From assembly GCA_046314355.1 (NCBI GenBank), contig JBKBWQ010000001.1, forward strand, positions 1,280,001 through 1,344,000: 64,000 nt of DNA. The letters run 5' to 3'. This DNA comes from Candidatus Altimarinota bacterium. GTDB lineage: Bacteria > Patescibacteriota > Gracilibacteria > 1-14-2-50-48-13. The notes under the pieces are model-generated. The model had not been told where the DNA came from and made no database searches. It worked only from the letters and a program-made list of their open reading frames with translations. Position 1 is the first letter of the stretch. Each line of letters starts with the position of its first letter. Below are positions 1-9,002 of this stretch, one piece after another. The translations under genes and the position numbers were made by a program.

Positions 1-1
1 T

Positions 2-769
2 TATGTTATCCTCCGTATTCCGGAAGAGGAACGTGAGGAAGTAGGAAAAATAGTGCTCAAACATGATTTTGAGACTGCTGAACATAATCCTCCAGTACTG
101 CTACGTAAAGCAACGGAAGCTGATATTTCACGAATTTCCTACCTTCAGGAGGAAGAGAAGAAGGCATTCTCTATGTTTATGCAGAAGATTGAAAAATACA
201 GACTAGATATGCAGCCTGTGACTGTATTTTTTTCCTTTGATGGAAAATATGCAGATCTGCTCTTTACCGCAAAGGAAAGAGTAGACTTTCGTGAACTCGT
301 AAAAGATCTAGCATCGTTTTTAAAGAAGAAAATATTTCTTGAGCAGGTTGGTCCCCGTGACCGTTCTGCCGTTGCAGGCGGATGCGGCACATGCGGACGT
401 ACTCTTTGCTGCTCCAGTTTTTTGAAGGATCCTCCTCCTGTTACTATGACCTCTGTCCGTAATCAGAATCTTTTCTTTAAGGACCGTGAGAAACTCACTG
501 GTCTTTGCGGAAAACTCAAGTGCTGTCTCAACTATGAGCTTGATGTGTACGAAGAGCTGGCAAAAGCCTTCCCGCCTATGCAGAGTGAGGTAAAGATCAT
601 CTCTACAGGCAAGATGGGGACTATTGTAGGCCGAAGCATCCTGGATCAGCAGGTAAAGGTACTTACAAGTGACGGCAACAGACCAGCATTGATACCGCTC
701 TCAGATATACACGTACTGAAGGCTGCCCGACATAGAGAACAAAGTGCGGTGGCGGAAGTACTCGAATAA
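2..769 (+). CDS. ricT: PSP1/RicT (YaaT) family Fe-S protein, 5'-truncated by window edge
   Basis: Motifs RVDFRELVKDLA, GGCGTCGRTLCC and GLCGKLKCCLNYE; frame is open from position 2, so the true start lies upstream of the window. Confidence 0.9.
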   Translation, partial: YVILRIPEEEREEVGKIVLKHDFETAEHNPPVLLRKATEADISRISYLQEEEKKAFSMFMQKIEKYRLDMQPVTVFFSFDGKYADLLFTAKERVDFRELVKDLASFLKKKIFLEQVGPRDRSAVAGGCGTCGRTLCCSSFLKDPPPVTMTSVRNQNLFFKDREKLTGLCGKLKCCLNYELDVYEELAKAFPPMQSEVKIISTGKMGTIVGRSILDQQVKVLTSDGNRPALIPLSDIHVLKAARHREQSAVAEVLE

Positions 770-783
770 TAACTCTCATTTCT

Positions 784-1128
784 ATGGATTGTTTATTTTG
801 CAAAATAGTATCAGGAGACATACCTGCACCGCGTATATACGAGGATGAAAACATAATCATTATTGAAGATCTTCACCCGAAGGCTCCTGTGCATGCTCTT
901 GTTATTCCTAAAAAACATATTGAAAGTATCGCACTCCTCAGAGAAGAAGATGCCGGGCTTGTAGGAGACATGCATATAGCAGCTGCAAAGACAGCAAAGG
1001 ATCATTATAAAATACCTGGATATAAAGTAATGTTTAATGTGAATAAGGAGGGAGGACAGGAGATCATGCATCTTCATTTACATTTGCTTGGAGGCGCAGA
1101 GCTTTCTATGCCTAACGCAGGACAATAA
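784..1128 (+). CDS. HIT family nucleotide-binding protein (HinT-like)
   Basis: DCLFCKI N-terminus and HLHLHLLGG histidine triad. Confidence 0.95.
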   Translation: MDCLFCKIVSGDIPAPRIYEDENIIIIEDLHPKAPVHALVIPKKHIESIALLREEDAGLVGDMHIAAAKTAKDHYKIPGYKVMFNVNKEGGQEIMHLHLHLLGGAELSMPNAGQ

Positions 1129-1129
1129 T

Positions 1130-1690
1130 ATGGATAAGCCAACTCTTATTATTATCAATGGTCTCTCTGCCACAGGAAAAAGCACACTCATAGACCGGAT
1201 TACTAGTGAATTTCATCTGCCGATCTTCTCTATGGATGTAGTCAAAGAGTATCTTTTTGATGAATTAGGTACAGATGATACAGAATGGTCAGCAGCACTT
1301 GGAAAAAGCTCTAGAGGGCTTATTTATATGAGTGCAAAGGAAGTACTCGCAGTGGGACAGTCATGCATTGTAGAGGGCTTGTTTGAGCCAGAAGAGAATA
1401 AGAAAAATATTGAATATATCCAGAAAAGTGCTTCCTGCAATCTTATACAGATCATATGTACAGCTGATAATGCAGAACGTATTCAGAGATGGAATGACCG
1501 TGTGAAAAGCGGCGACAGACATCCTGGTCATAATGACGAGATACTTACAGGAGAAAATTATGTGAACGCTCTTGAGGCTTGTGATCCTGTTGTTCCTTTA
1601 GAGGCACCTCTTTTATGCTATAGAAGTGATGCAGAGGACGCTGAAGGGGAACTAAATTCACTGATTTCTGCCCTTAAAGAGCTCCTATGA
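1130..1690 (+). CDS. P-loop kinase (AAA_33-like)
   Basis: Walker A GLSATGKST; RHPGH motif; ATG at 1130 just after the HIT stop preferred over the ORF-track start. Confidence 0.8.
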   Translation: MDKPTLIIINGLSATGKSTLIDRITSEFHLPIFSMDVVKEYLFDELGTDDTEWSAALGKSSRGLIYMSAKEVLAVGQSCIVEGLFEPEENKKNIEYIQKSASCNLIQIICTADNAERIQRWNDRVKSGDRHPGHNDEILTGENYVNALEACDPVVPLEAPLLCYRSDAEDAEGELNSLISALKELL

Positions 1691-2709
1691 TGCCACTTGT
1701 TACGGTTGGATTTATTAATTATTCTAATCCAAGCATAGGATACTCCAGTAAAAAGTATCTTAAGCTTTTTCTTGAAACCCTCGCTGCACAAACGTATGAG
1801 AATCTTGAAGTTATATGTCTTGATAACGGTTCCACAGATAATGAAGAATCACTTCAAATGATCAAAGAGTTCTATCCTGGAATAAAAATTATTAGAAATA
1901 AAGAAAATACAGGGTTCATTGCACATAATCAGATTATCGCTGAAGGCAAAGGAAAGTATTACTTATGCATAAATTTTGACCTACTCCTAGATCCCCATTA
2001 TATCAAGAATTTGGTGGATTTTGCGGAAGCCCACCCTGATGTTGGAACATTTGGAGGAAGTATTTACCGCTGGGATTTTGCAAAGAATGTTAAGACTGAA
2101 TATTTAGATGCGACTGGTATTACTATTTCTCCATCTCATCATTTACGTGAACGTGAAACTGGAGTACATGTACCATTTGTTGAAATAGAAAAAAGAAATC
2201 CGGAAGAGGTATTTGGAATATCCGGCGTAAGTGTGATGTTCAATAAACAGGCACTTGAAGATATTTATTCTGTATACAACTATTACTTTGATCCGCTTTT
2301 TGTCATTTATAAAGAAGAAGTGGATCTCATGTACCGACTCAGATGGCTCGGATGGAAATCTTGGTATATTCCAAGTGCATTAGCATGGCATGATCGGACA
2401 TTGGGAGAAAAGCAAAAATTTAGATTGAGAAATCTTACAATTCTTACAAACCGTAAACATAAGAGTGAGTACAATAGGAGACAGTCTATCCGGAATCATC
2501 TTTGTATACTCTATAAAAACTTTTCTTTCTCCTTTTCTTTAAAGGTAAAAGTTCTGACATTTTGGGATGAGATCAGGAAATTCTTTTGGGTGCTACTTTT
2601 TGAGAGCTTTGCGTTAAGTGCTTATAAGGATTTTTGGAGAATGAGGAAAGAGTTGAAAGTGAGCAAGAAGAGTGTAGCGCCGGAAGAGATTGAGAAGTTA
2701 ATGATGTAA
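1687..2709 (+). CDS. Glycosyltransferase family 2
   Basis: LDNGSTD, N.G...HN, NFD and YKEEVDLMYR motifs; ATGA overlap with the upstream gene. Confidence 0.9.
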   Translation: MMPLVTVGFINYSNPSIGYSSKKYLKLFLETLAAQTYENLEVICLDNGSTDNEESLQMIKEFYPGIKIIRNKENTGFIAHNQIIAEGKGKYYLCINFDLLLDPHYIKNLVDFAEAHPDVGTFGGSIYRWDFAKNVKTEYLDATGITISPSHHLRERETGVHVPFVEIEKRNPEEVFGISGVSVMFNKQALEDIYSVYNYYFDPLFVIYKEEVDLMYRLRWLGWKSWYIPSALAWHDRTLGEKQKFRLRNLTILTNRKHKSEYNRRQSIRNHLCILYKNFSFSFSLKVKVLTFWDEIRKFFWVLLFESFALSAYKDFWRMRKELKVSKKSVAPEEIEKLMM

Positions 2710-2724
2710 TAGAACAAGAAGAAG

Positions 2725-3312
2725 CCTGGAGCCGTCATCCAGCAGAGTGTTAAAATAGGAACATAAAGTATCTTGAACTGCAGGAACCATCAAACTCAAG
2801 CCAGGTAGAAAGCATATGAGCTATTATTTAAACGTGTTTATAGAAAATATCTACAACTCTGTTATAAAAGGGTATTTTCCTGCTTAAAATTTAGTAAGCT
2901 TTAAAAAAGCTTACGGCTTACTTATGACATACGCCTATATCCTCGCATCTGAAAAAAACGGTACCCTTTACACAGGGGTAACTATAGATTTAGAAAGACG
3001 ACTTTGGGAACATAAACAAGAATCTAGTAAGGCTTTAAAAAAAAATACAGAATCTGGAGGCTCGTGTATTTTGAATATTATGAATCAATAGTTGATGCAA
3101 TTCATCGTGAAAAACAGATCAAAAACAAGAAGCGAGATTGGAAGAAGAGGCTTATTCTTTCTTTCAATCCTGAGTGGAAAGATTTGAGTGAAGCAATGGG
3201 CGCTTAAGCTCAGTTTTGTTGTTTCAGAATTTTTTGTGTTTGGAGACCCCTCCCACAGTTCTATTATTGAATCTAAAGTTTCTGTGTCACTCTGCAGGAT
3301 GACGGCTCTAGG
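2725..3312. mobile_element. GIY-YIG nuclease cassette bounded by 25-bp inverted repeats (putative REP/MITE-like element)
   Basis: cctggagccgtcatccagcagagtg (2725-2749) vs cactctgcaggatgacggctctagg (3288-3312): reverse complements with 2 mismatches. Confidence 0.6.
2924..3207 (+). pseudogene. GIY-YIG nuclease (UPF0213-like), split by a -1 frameshift
   Basis: Frame 0 gives MTYAYILASEKNGTLYTGVTIDLERRLWEHK; the -1 frame continues GFKKKYRIWRLVYFEYYESIVDAIHREKQIKNKKRDWKKRLILSFNPEWKDL; junction at ggctttaaaaaaaaatac (~3031-3048); absent from the ORF track. Confidence 0.85.
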
Positions 3313-3471
3313 ATTTATTCTGCAAATCTTAAAAAGGGATTAGGTTTCTTATATCTATATTGATACATGAAGCAAGATAATGAACTAATCGTTTCACGCA
3401 GATAATGGTACTGGGACTCTGTCACTAACAATATGGCCTATTCAAAAAGGTTTACTTACCAACTAAAGAAT

Positions 3472-3527
3472 TTACTCTCTTACTCTCTTACTCTCTTACT
3501 CTCTTACTCTCTTACTCTCTTACTTAC
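3472..3527. repeat. Tandem repeat (TTACTCTC)x6 followed by TTACTTAC
   Basis: Read directly from the sequence. Confidence 0.95.
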
Positions 3528-3593
3528 TTCTTACACTAGACAAACCTCTTCTTTAGGATTATAACTCTCCACTATCATATAACTCATTTCTCT

Positions 3594-4328
3594 ATGGAAA
3601 CAGCGAGATCATATGTGGACGGATATGTAGGAAAAAAGATAGAAAGACTCTCCTCTGAAAAGGAGGAAGTAGCAAAGAAGCTTGCCTCTCTCGGGCTTGA
3701 GCATTTTCATAATGCGGTGGAGAAAATAGTAGATGATCAGGTGACAGAAGAGACGAAAAGACTAGAGAAAAATCAAAGAGGATTAGAGGAGCATTTGCAG
3801 AAGAATGGTATTAATAGAAAGCTAGAAGACACAGGGGTGTTTGAAGGGTCTAACACTGATGACGGAATGAGAGTCGTAGGTACTCATAATCATGCTACAG
3901 AAGAGACAGCTATCGATCAGAGAGAAATGGAAATGGCAGTAGAAAGTGGAGACTATACTAGAGTAAATCATATCTTAGCTCATGAGGAGACTCATGAAAA
4001 TTATCCAGGTCCAGATATATATCAGCAGGATCCTGAAATCCTTCAGAAAACTCTCATCGGTCTCTATGAAGGGTGGACTGAAGATAAAAATAGAGAAAAT
4101 TTAGGCACCGCTGTTCTGGAAGCATATGAGAAAGAGCGGGCATTGCTGAAAGAAACGGTGGAGAGAGCTGGCAATAAGGAGCATCTTGAAAAGGCATTGA
4201 AAGAAAAAGACTCCTTTGGAGCGCGTATTATTCTGCTTCACAGTCTGCAGCATACTCGTCCGGATCTGCTCGGAGGATACGATCCGACCTTTGAGTTTAT
4301 GCTCTATAAGAGTAAGAAAAATATATAG
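3594..4328 (+). CDS. Hypothetical protein with HExxH zincin-like motif
   Basis: ILAHEETHE followed by YEGWTE (possible third zinc ligand); N-terminal coiled coil. Confidence 0.6.
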   Translation: METARSYVDGYVGKKIERLSSEKEEVAKKLASLGLEHFHNAVEKIVDDQVTEETKRLEKNQRGLEEHLQKNGINRKLEDTGVFEGSNTDDGMRVVGTHNHATEETAIDQREMEMAVESGDYTRVNHILAHEETHENYPGPDIYQQDPEILQKTLIGLYEGWTEDKNRENLGTAVLEAYEKERALLKETVERAGNKEHLEKALKEKDSFGARIILLHSLQHTRPDLLGGYDPTFEFMLYKSKKNI

Positions 4329-4341
4329 ATCTGGAATTCAA

Positions 4342-4372
4342 GAAAAGCCTCCCTGTAGAAGAGAGGCTTTTC
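4342..4372. terminator. Bidirectional intrinsic terminator
   Basis: gaaaagcctc...gaggcttttc hairpin between convergent genes. Confidence 0.75.
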
Positions 4373-4415
4373 GGAGAACATTACTTTTTGATAACTCTAT
4401 TAGAGTTTGTCTCAA

Positions 4416-4988
4416 TTAATTGATGACAGACTTCTTGAAAAGAGTAATGGTTCTGATCTCTGGGATCACGTGGCAGACATCTTTTTCTAATTTTATAGTC
4501 TCAACATGATCAGCATATCCTGCTTTTTTCACTGTAAATTTATAATGACCTTTGCCTTCCCAGATGCCTGAATACATACCGTCATCACCTTCATCAAAAT
4601 TGGACTGCTGTGTGGAATCTGAAGTGAGATTCGCTGTCACAGTAGCTCCTTTCAAAGGATCACCATTCTCATCCTGAAGGATAATCTGAAGTCCGGATTT
4701 TGCTTCAAGAGTACAGGCTGTCGCCTCACTCTTTAGATCCTTTCCTAATAGAGAGGCAAATCGATCAAGAATTACTGCAAGTTCTGCACGGCTTACCTGA
4801 TTATTTGCTCTGAAAGACCCATCGGGATAACCTTTTATGACATCGTTATACGCGAGTTTTTCTACAGATGGTTTGAACCAGTCTGAAAAACTTCCTTGAT
4901 CAGAGAAGCTGCTGGTAGCAGCTACCGCAATGCCTGTAATACTAAAAATACTTATAACTCCTAGGGTGAGTAAGATATTCTTTTTCAT
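4416..4988 (-). CDS. Secreted SLH-domain protein with C-terminal beta-sandwich (carboxypeptidase-regulatory-like) domain
   Basis: Signal peptide; FSD...IKGYPDGSFRANNQVSRAELAVIL SLH motif; DENGDPLKGATVT. Confidence 0.8.
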   Translation of the reverse strand: MKKNILLTLGVISIFSITGIAVAATSSFSDQGSFSDWFKPSVEKLAYNDVIKGYPDGSFRANNQVSRAELAVILDRFASLLGKDLKSEATACTLEAKSGLQIILQDENGDPLKGATVTANLTSDSTQQSNFDEGDDGMYSGIWEGKGHYKFTVKKAGYADHVETIKLEKDVCHVIPEIRTITLFKKSVIN

Positions 4989-5060
4989 AAGAAATGAGTA
5001 AGGAATAATACTTCTCAGTATATACCGCTTAGAGAATATGTATAGTAAAATGAGTAGTCG

Positions 5061-5094
5061 AAAAAAGACCGCCTTGAGGAAGCGGTCTTTTCTT
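5061..5094 (-). terminator. Intrinsic terminator of the ERF gene
   Basis: aaaaaagaccgc-cttgaggaa-gcggtctttt. Confidence 0.75.
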
Positions 5095-5660
5095 TATGCA
5101 GTTACTTTTTCAAATGAATTACACTCATCGCATTTGTAAAATGCATTGTATGCTCTTCCAGTCTTCTTACTGATACCGGAAGGGACATATTTCATATATC
5201 CGTGAGTATCATCGAAGCTGCACATTTTGTGGTTCGGCAGGAAACTTGGAAGAGTGAGCTTTTCATTCTTTTCTACCTGCTCATCCTTCTCTGGATCATC
5301 ACCAGTAGGGATAAGGAATGAAGAAGTTAAGATATATTTAATGGCTCCTGTGATAGCCTTGTAGAGTGCTTTGTCGCCTTTATCTTCGCCAGATCCCATG
5401 AATTCTCCAGTAAGTTCTTCTCCTGACTCAAGATCGGTAAAGTAATATTTTACTTTTATGAGCAGAAGTGTGTCGTGTACCTGAGAGTCGATGACTTCTA
5501 GACGAAAGAGTATCTTTTGCGCTACAAGATGTTTATGGAGCGTTTCTTTTATAATTTTTTCTGAAGCATACTCATAATTGTGAAAATCATTTCTTTTGTC
5601 CTTTTCAATAAAAGGAACTGCTTTCATGATCGTATGCATCTTCGCGAGTAGATTTTTCAT
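5094..5660 (-). CDS. ERF family single-strand annealing protein with C-terminal Cys/His motif
   Basis: KDKRNDFHNYEYAS, GSGEDKGDKALYKAITGAIKY and GDDPE ERF motifs; C-terminal C..H..KTGRAY..FYKCDEC. Confidence 0.85.
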   Translation of the reverse strand: MKNLLAKMHTIMKAVPFIEKDKRNDFHNYEYASEKIIKETLHKHLVAQKILFRLEVIDSQVHDTLLLIKVKYYFTDLESGEELTGEFMGSGEDKGDKALYKAITGAIKYILTSSFLIPTGDDPEKDEQVEKNEKLTLPSFLPNHKMCSFDDTHGYMKYVPSGISKKTGRAYNAFYKCDECNSFEKVTA

Positions 5661-5856
5661 AGCTTTGAAAAATAATCAATAAAGTGTGCAGAGAAGGCTA
5701 CTTTGTGAAAATATTTTCAAAGGATGTATGAGAACTTATCCTTTTTTTAAGATAAATATAAAAAGTGAGGAAGAGTAAAATAATATAAGTTTTATTACAT
5801 GTTTATTATATATTTTACGTAAAAAATTGCAAGTATATGTCATAAAAATAACAGTA

Positions 5857-5885
5857 TTGACCTATGTTACTGTCAGGAGTATTCT
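5857..5885 (+). promoter_or_regulatory. Sigma70-like promoter
   Basis: TTGACC-17bp-TATTCT upstream of the 5915 ORF. Confidence 0.55.
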
Positions 5886-5914
5886 AAGGATAATTACCTC
5901 ATTACTTTGTTTTT

Positions 5915-6097
5915 ATGGCTAAGACTCCCATATCTACTCCTAAAAAGGAAACTTCAGATAAATATGAAGCAAAAATATGTATTTTTACATCTAAGGATAA
6001 ACGTGAAGCTCTTAAAGGAATATTAAAATCTGAAGGCAGGTCTCTTACAGGGGCTGTCAAATATTTGATAAAAAAAGAGTACGGAATCGAATTATAA
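5915..6097 (+). CDS. Small ribbon-helix-helix-like DNA-binding protein
   Basis: 60 aa, basic; beta-strand KICIF then helices REALKGILKSEGRSLTGAVKYLI; promoter upstream. Confidence 0.55.
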   Translation: MAKTPISTPKKETSDKYEAKICIFTSKDKREALKGILKSEGRSLTGAVKYLIKKEYGIEL

Positions 6098-6317
6098 TAG
6101 GTAGTAGAGTAGAGAAAATTAAAAATATTTAGAAGACGTAATGAATGTATTGTCAAGATGAGGAGAGGCTCTTTGTAAAATAGCTATAGTACTAGATTTT
6201 CTAAAGCATTTTTTTGTTTAGAAAGCTTAGTTTGGCTCTTAAGCTCACTTGTAATGGTTGATTTTCAGTAAAAATCGTGCATACTAAGAGTTGCTTTAGT
6301 TCTTCATCCCTATTCAC

Positions 6318-6578
6318 ATGGATAATCAAATTAGAAGAAACGATCCGCTAAAGACTTTTTCAGACATTCTTCTTCTTATAGGAGGTTTGAACTGGGGACT
6401 TACCGGACTCGGAAGATTGATAGCAGATCAGAACTGGAACGTTATAAACGTTGCATTAGGATCTGTTCCACAACTTGAGTGGTTTATCTACTTGCTAGTA
6501 GGTATCGCTGCTGTCTATAGCATTTATGCTTGGAATAGAGATGCAGCACATTATGGACGAACTGCACACATCCATTAG
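6318..6578 (+). CDS. DUF378 family membrane protein
   Basis: LLLIGGLNWGLTG ... IYLLVGIAAVY. Confidence 0.9.
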   Translation: MDNQIRRNDPLKTFSDILLLIGGLNWGLTGLGRLIADQNWNVINVALGSVPQLEWFIYLLVGIAAVYSIYAWNRDAAHYGRTAHIH

Positions 6579-6586
6579 GAAAACGT

Positions 6587-6629
6587 AAAAAGCACCCGCC
6601 GCGTCAAACGCGGTTGGGTGCTTTTTTTT
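6587..6629 (+). terminator. Intrinsic terminator
   Basis: aaaagcaccc-gccgcg...cgcgg-ttgggtgctttttttt. Confidence 0.8.
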
Positions 6630-6696
6630 ATCATTATGGTCTTCTTGAGTTTCCTGGATTTTCTGTCATACTGCAGAGGAACTTTTTTTCTCATCT

Positions 6697-7506
6697 ATGA
6701 AACTCTCTATTCTTTGTCTGAACTTAAGCATCCCCGGATACAGTACGACAGAAAAATATAATGCAATGCTTGAGTCATTCTATATGTACCCGCCCACTGT
6801 AGAATTTGAAATAATTATGGTAGATAACGGATCAAGCGATCATGCTTTGGAATCCTTAAGATCAAGATGGGGAGATAAAATCACTCACTATATACAGCTT
6901 CCAAAGAATGTTGGTTTTCAGAGAGGAAATAATGAAGGAGTGAAAAGAGCATCAGGGGAATACCTGGTATTCATGAACCCTGATATTACGATACAAAAAG
7001 GCACGATGGATGCACTGGTACAGTATATGGATAAACATCCTGAGGTGGCAGTCACAGGTCCTCAGCTTATTTATCCAAGCGGAGCAGTGCAGGATTCTTA
7101 TCGGCGTTTTATGAGACCGCTGGATTTTCTGATCAAAAGGATCAAACCTCTGCACAGAATCCCATACTTTAAAAAGCGTATGATGCAGTACCTGCTCTGG
7201 AAGATAGATAATACAAAAGTGCAGGAGATCGACTGGATTGTAGGTGCGTTCATGATTGTCAGGAAGAGTATGTTTGATGCAATAGGAGGATATGACAACC
7301 GTTTCTTTCTTTTTAATGGAGATACAGATCTCTGCAGACAGTTCTGGGAAAAGGGGTGGAAGGTCATCTATAATCCGATGATCACAGCTGGACATAAGGA
7401 ATCGCGCCTCTCAGGAAATGGATTCTTTGACGCATTGTTTAAGAAGACTGCATGGATACATGTATTTGATATGGTAAAGTATTTTTTGAAGTGGGGGATT
7501 AAGTAA
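6697..7506 (+). CDS. Glycosyltransferase family 2 (WbbL/rhamnosyltransferase-like)
   Basis: VDNGSSD, NVGFQRGNN, MNPD, WIVGAFM, GGYDNRFFLF..DTDLC. Confidence 0.9.
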   Translation: MKLSILCLNLSIPGYSTTEKYNAMLESFYMYPPTVEFEIIMVDNGSSDHALESLRSRWGDKITHYIQLPKNVGFQRGNNEGVKRASGEYLVFMNPDITIQKGTMDALVQYMDKHPEVAVTGPQLIYPSGAVQDSYRRFMRPLDFLIKRIKPLHRIPYFKKRMMQYLLWKIDNTKVQEIDWIVGAFMIVRKSMFDAIGGYDNRFFLFNGDTDLCRQFWEKGWKVIYNPMITAGHKESRLSGNGFFDALFKKTAWIHVFDMVKYFLKWGIK

Positions 7507-7645
7507 GCTGACGCTTACTAGTGACTAGATTTTGGTCGCTAGTAACTAGAATCTAGTGGGCGCTGGTTGGGGGACAGGATGAATGTTTAGAAGTATGAGT
7601 ATTAAAAAAGCACAGATAATACTATCTGTGCTTTTTACTGTCACT

Positions 7646-8884
7646 TTAGTACATTCTCGTATCCGTTGACTTAGCAAACTCAGCAAAGGTAATCTCATCC
7701 TTTGTAAGTGTAAAAGTAACTGTATCGCTATCTCCAAAAGTAAGAGTATTGCCCGCTAGACGTATGGCTGTAGGACCATACGAAAAGCCAAGGAGGAAAT
7801 TTTTATCTGCTTCTGAATCTCGTGATGCAAGGAAGGATTTCACTTTTGGTGAGATGGTGATGGTCCTCTCTTCCAAGTTTGGATTGCCTGTATTAACGAT
7901 CACTATACTCTCTAAATCTTTTAATGGATGGGAAGTATTGGCATCAATTTTTGAGATACCTTTATATGTTGCAAAAAAGATATCTCCGCTCTTCTGATCT
8001 TCAGTGATAAAGGATTCAAGCGTGATATTTTTAATGGATTTTCCCGTAAGAGAAGTAACTTTTATAGGACCGCTGGACGGCATATAGTCCCCCCACGGAC
8101 CTCTGTAGATCTCGTACGCGTGTCCAAACCAGGCTATTGTGCGTTCATTGATGCCGTCGTAGAGAAATGGAGAGTACGCGAGTTCGCCTTTTACATTTTT
8201 TGATGTACCTTCTGAGGAAGCATTGTAGTCTATAAAGTTGTTCTCAGGGGCAGCATTATTGACGCTAAGAAGCACATCTTTTGTACTATCATATGTGTAG
8301 AGTGCATCCGGTGTGGATGAGAAGTTTATAAAGACGCCTGGTCCAATCTCCTTAGAGACTTCTGCACCTTGCATTGTAAATACTATGAAAAGATAGCTTC
8401 CTTTTTTATTGAAAGCTTCTTTTGCATAAAGACCTTGATCCTTTTCTACAGCCAGCTGAACCTTTGTGTCATTGGCAGTGAAGGGAGTTATTTTCTGTGT
8501 ACTTGGCTGGTAGCTGTATACTTTGCTGTCTTTGATAATAAGAAGATAGTCCTTTGGCAAAGCATCTATCTCAAGAAATTCATATCCTGCAGGAGCTTTC
8601 ATCGAATTTGCGACGACATTGCCGTTTCCATCATTTTGACTAGCTTCACTGCATCGGTAGAAGGTACACCCTTCGCTGAAACTCACGAAGGTATCTTTTT
8701 TCAGGGAACGGGCTGCAAACTGTGCAGGTTTTTTCCCAGCTGCAGATTCAACAAGGGTGTTGAGATTTGTTTGATCAAGCGGTGGAGTATCCGTATTTAC
8801 ATTTATGTTGCTTACCTGTGTGGTATTGGCACATCCTGTAAAAATGATACTGATGACTAAAGAGGCGAGCAGCTGCTTTTTCAT
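7646..8884 (-). CDS. Hypothetical lipoprotein
   Basis: Lipobox FTGC after a hydrophobic leader; Asn-rich linker; 412-aa ORF. Confidence 0.7.
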   Translation of the reverse strand: MKKQLLASLVISIIFTGCANTTQVSNINVNTDTPPLDQTNLNTLVESAAGKKPAQFAARSLKKDTFVSFSEGCTFYRCSEASQNDGNGNVVANSMKAPAGYEFLEIDALPKDYLLIIKDSKVYSYQPSTQKITPFTANDTKVQLAVEKDQGLYAKEAFNKKGSYLFIVFTMQGAEVSKEIGPGVFINFSSTPDALYTYDSTKDVLLSVNNAAPENNFIDYNASSEGTSKNVKGELAYSPFLYDGINERTIAWFGHAYEIYRGPWGDYMPSSGPIKVTSLTGKSIKNITLESFITEDQKSGDIFFATYKGISKIDANTSHPLKDLESIVIVNTGNPNLEERTITISPKVKSFLASRDSEADKNFLLGFSYGPTAIRLAGNTLTFGDSDTVTFTLTKDEITFAEFAKSTDTRMY

Positions 8885-9002
8885 GAAGTAGAATATAAAG
8901 TATTAGTTCACATTATAAGCAAAAGTATTGAGAAAGGTTACATAAAAATGAATTTGCTAGAATGTATTGTCATTCTTGCTTCTGTACTTATAATTCCTTC
9001 AT

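Noticed and set aside
5094-6097. Prophage
   Set aside because: Only ERF and a small regulator; no structural, terminase or integrase genes nearby
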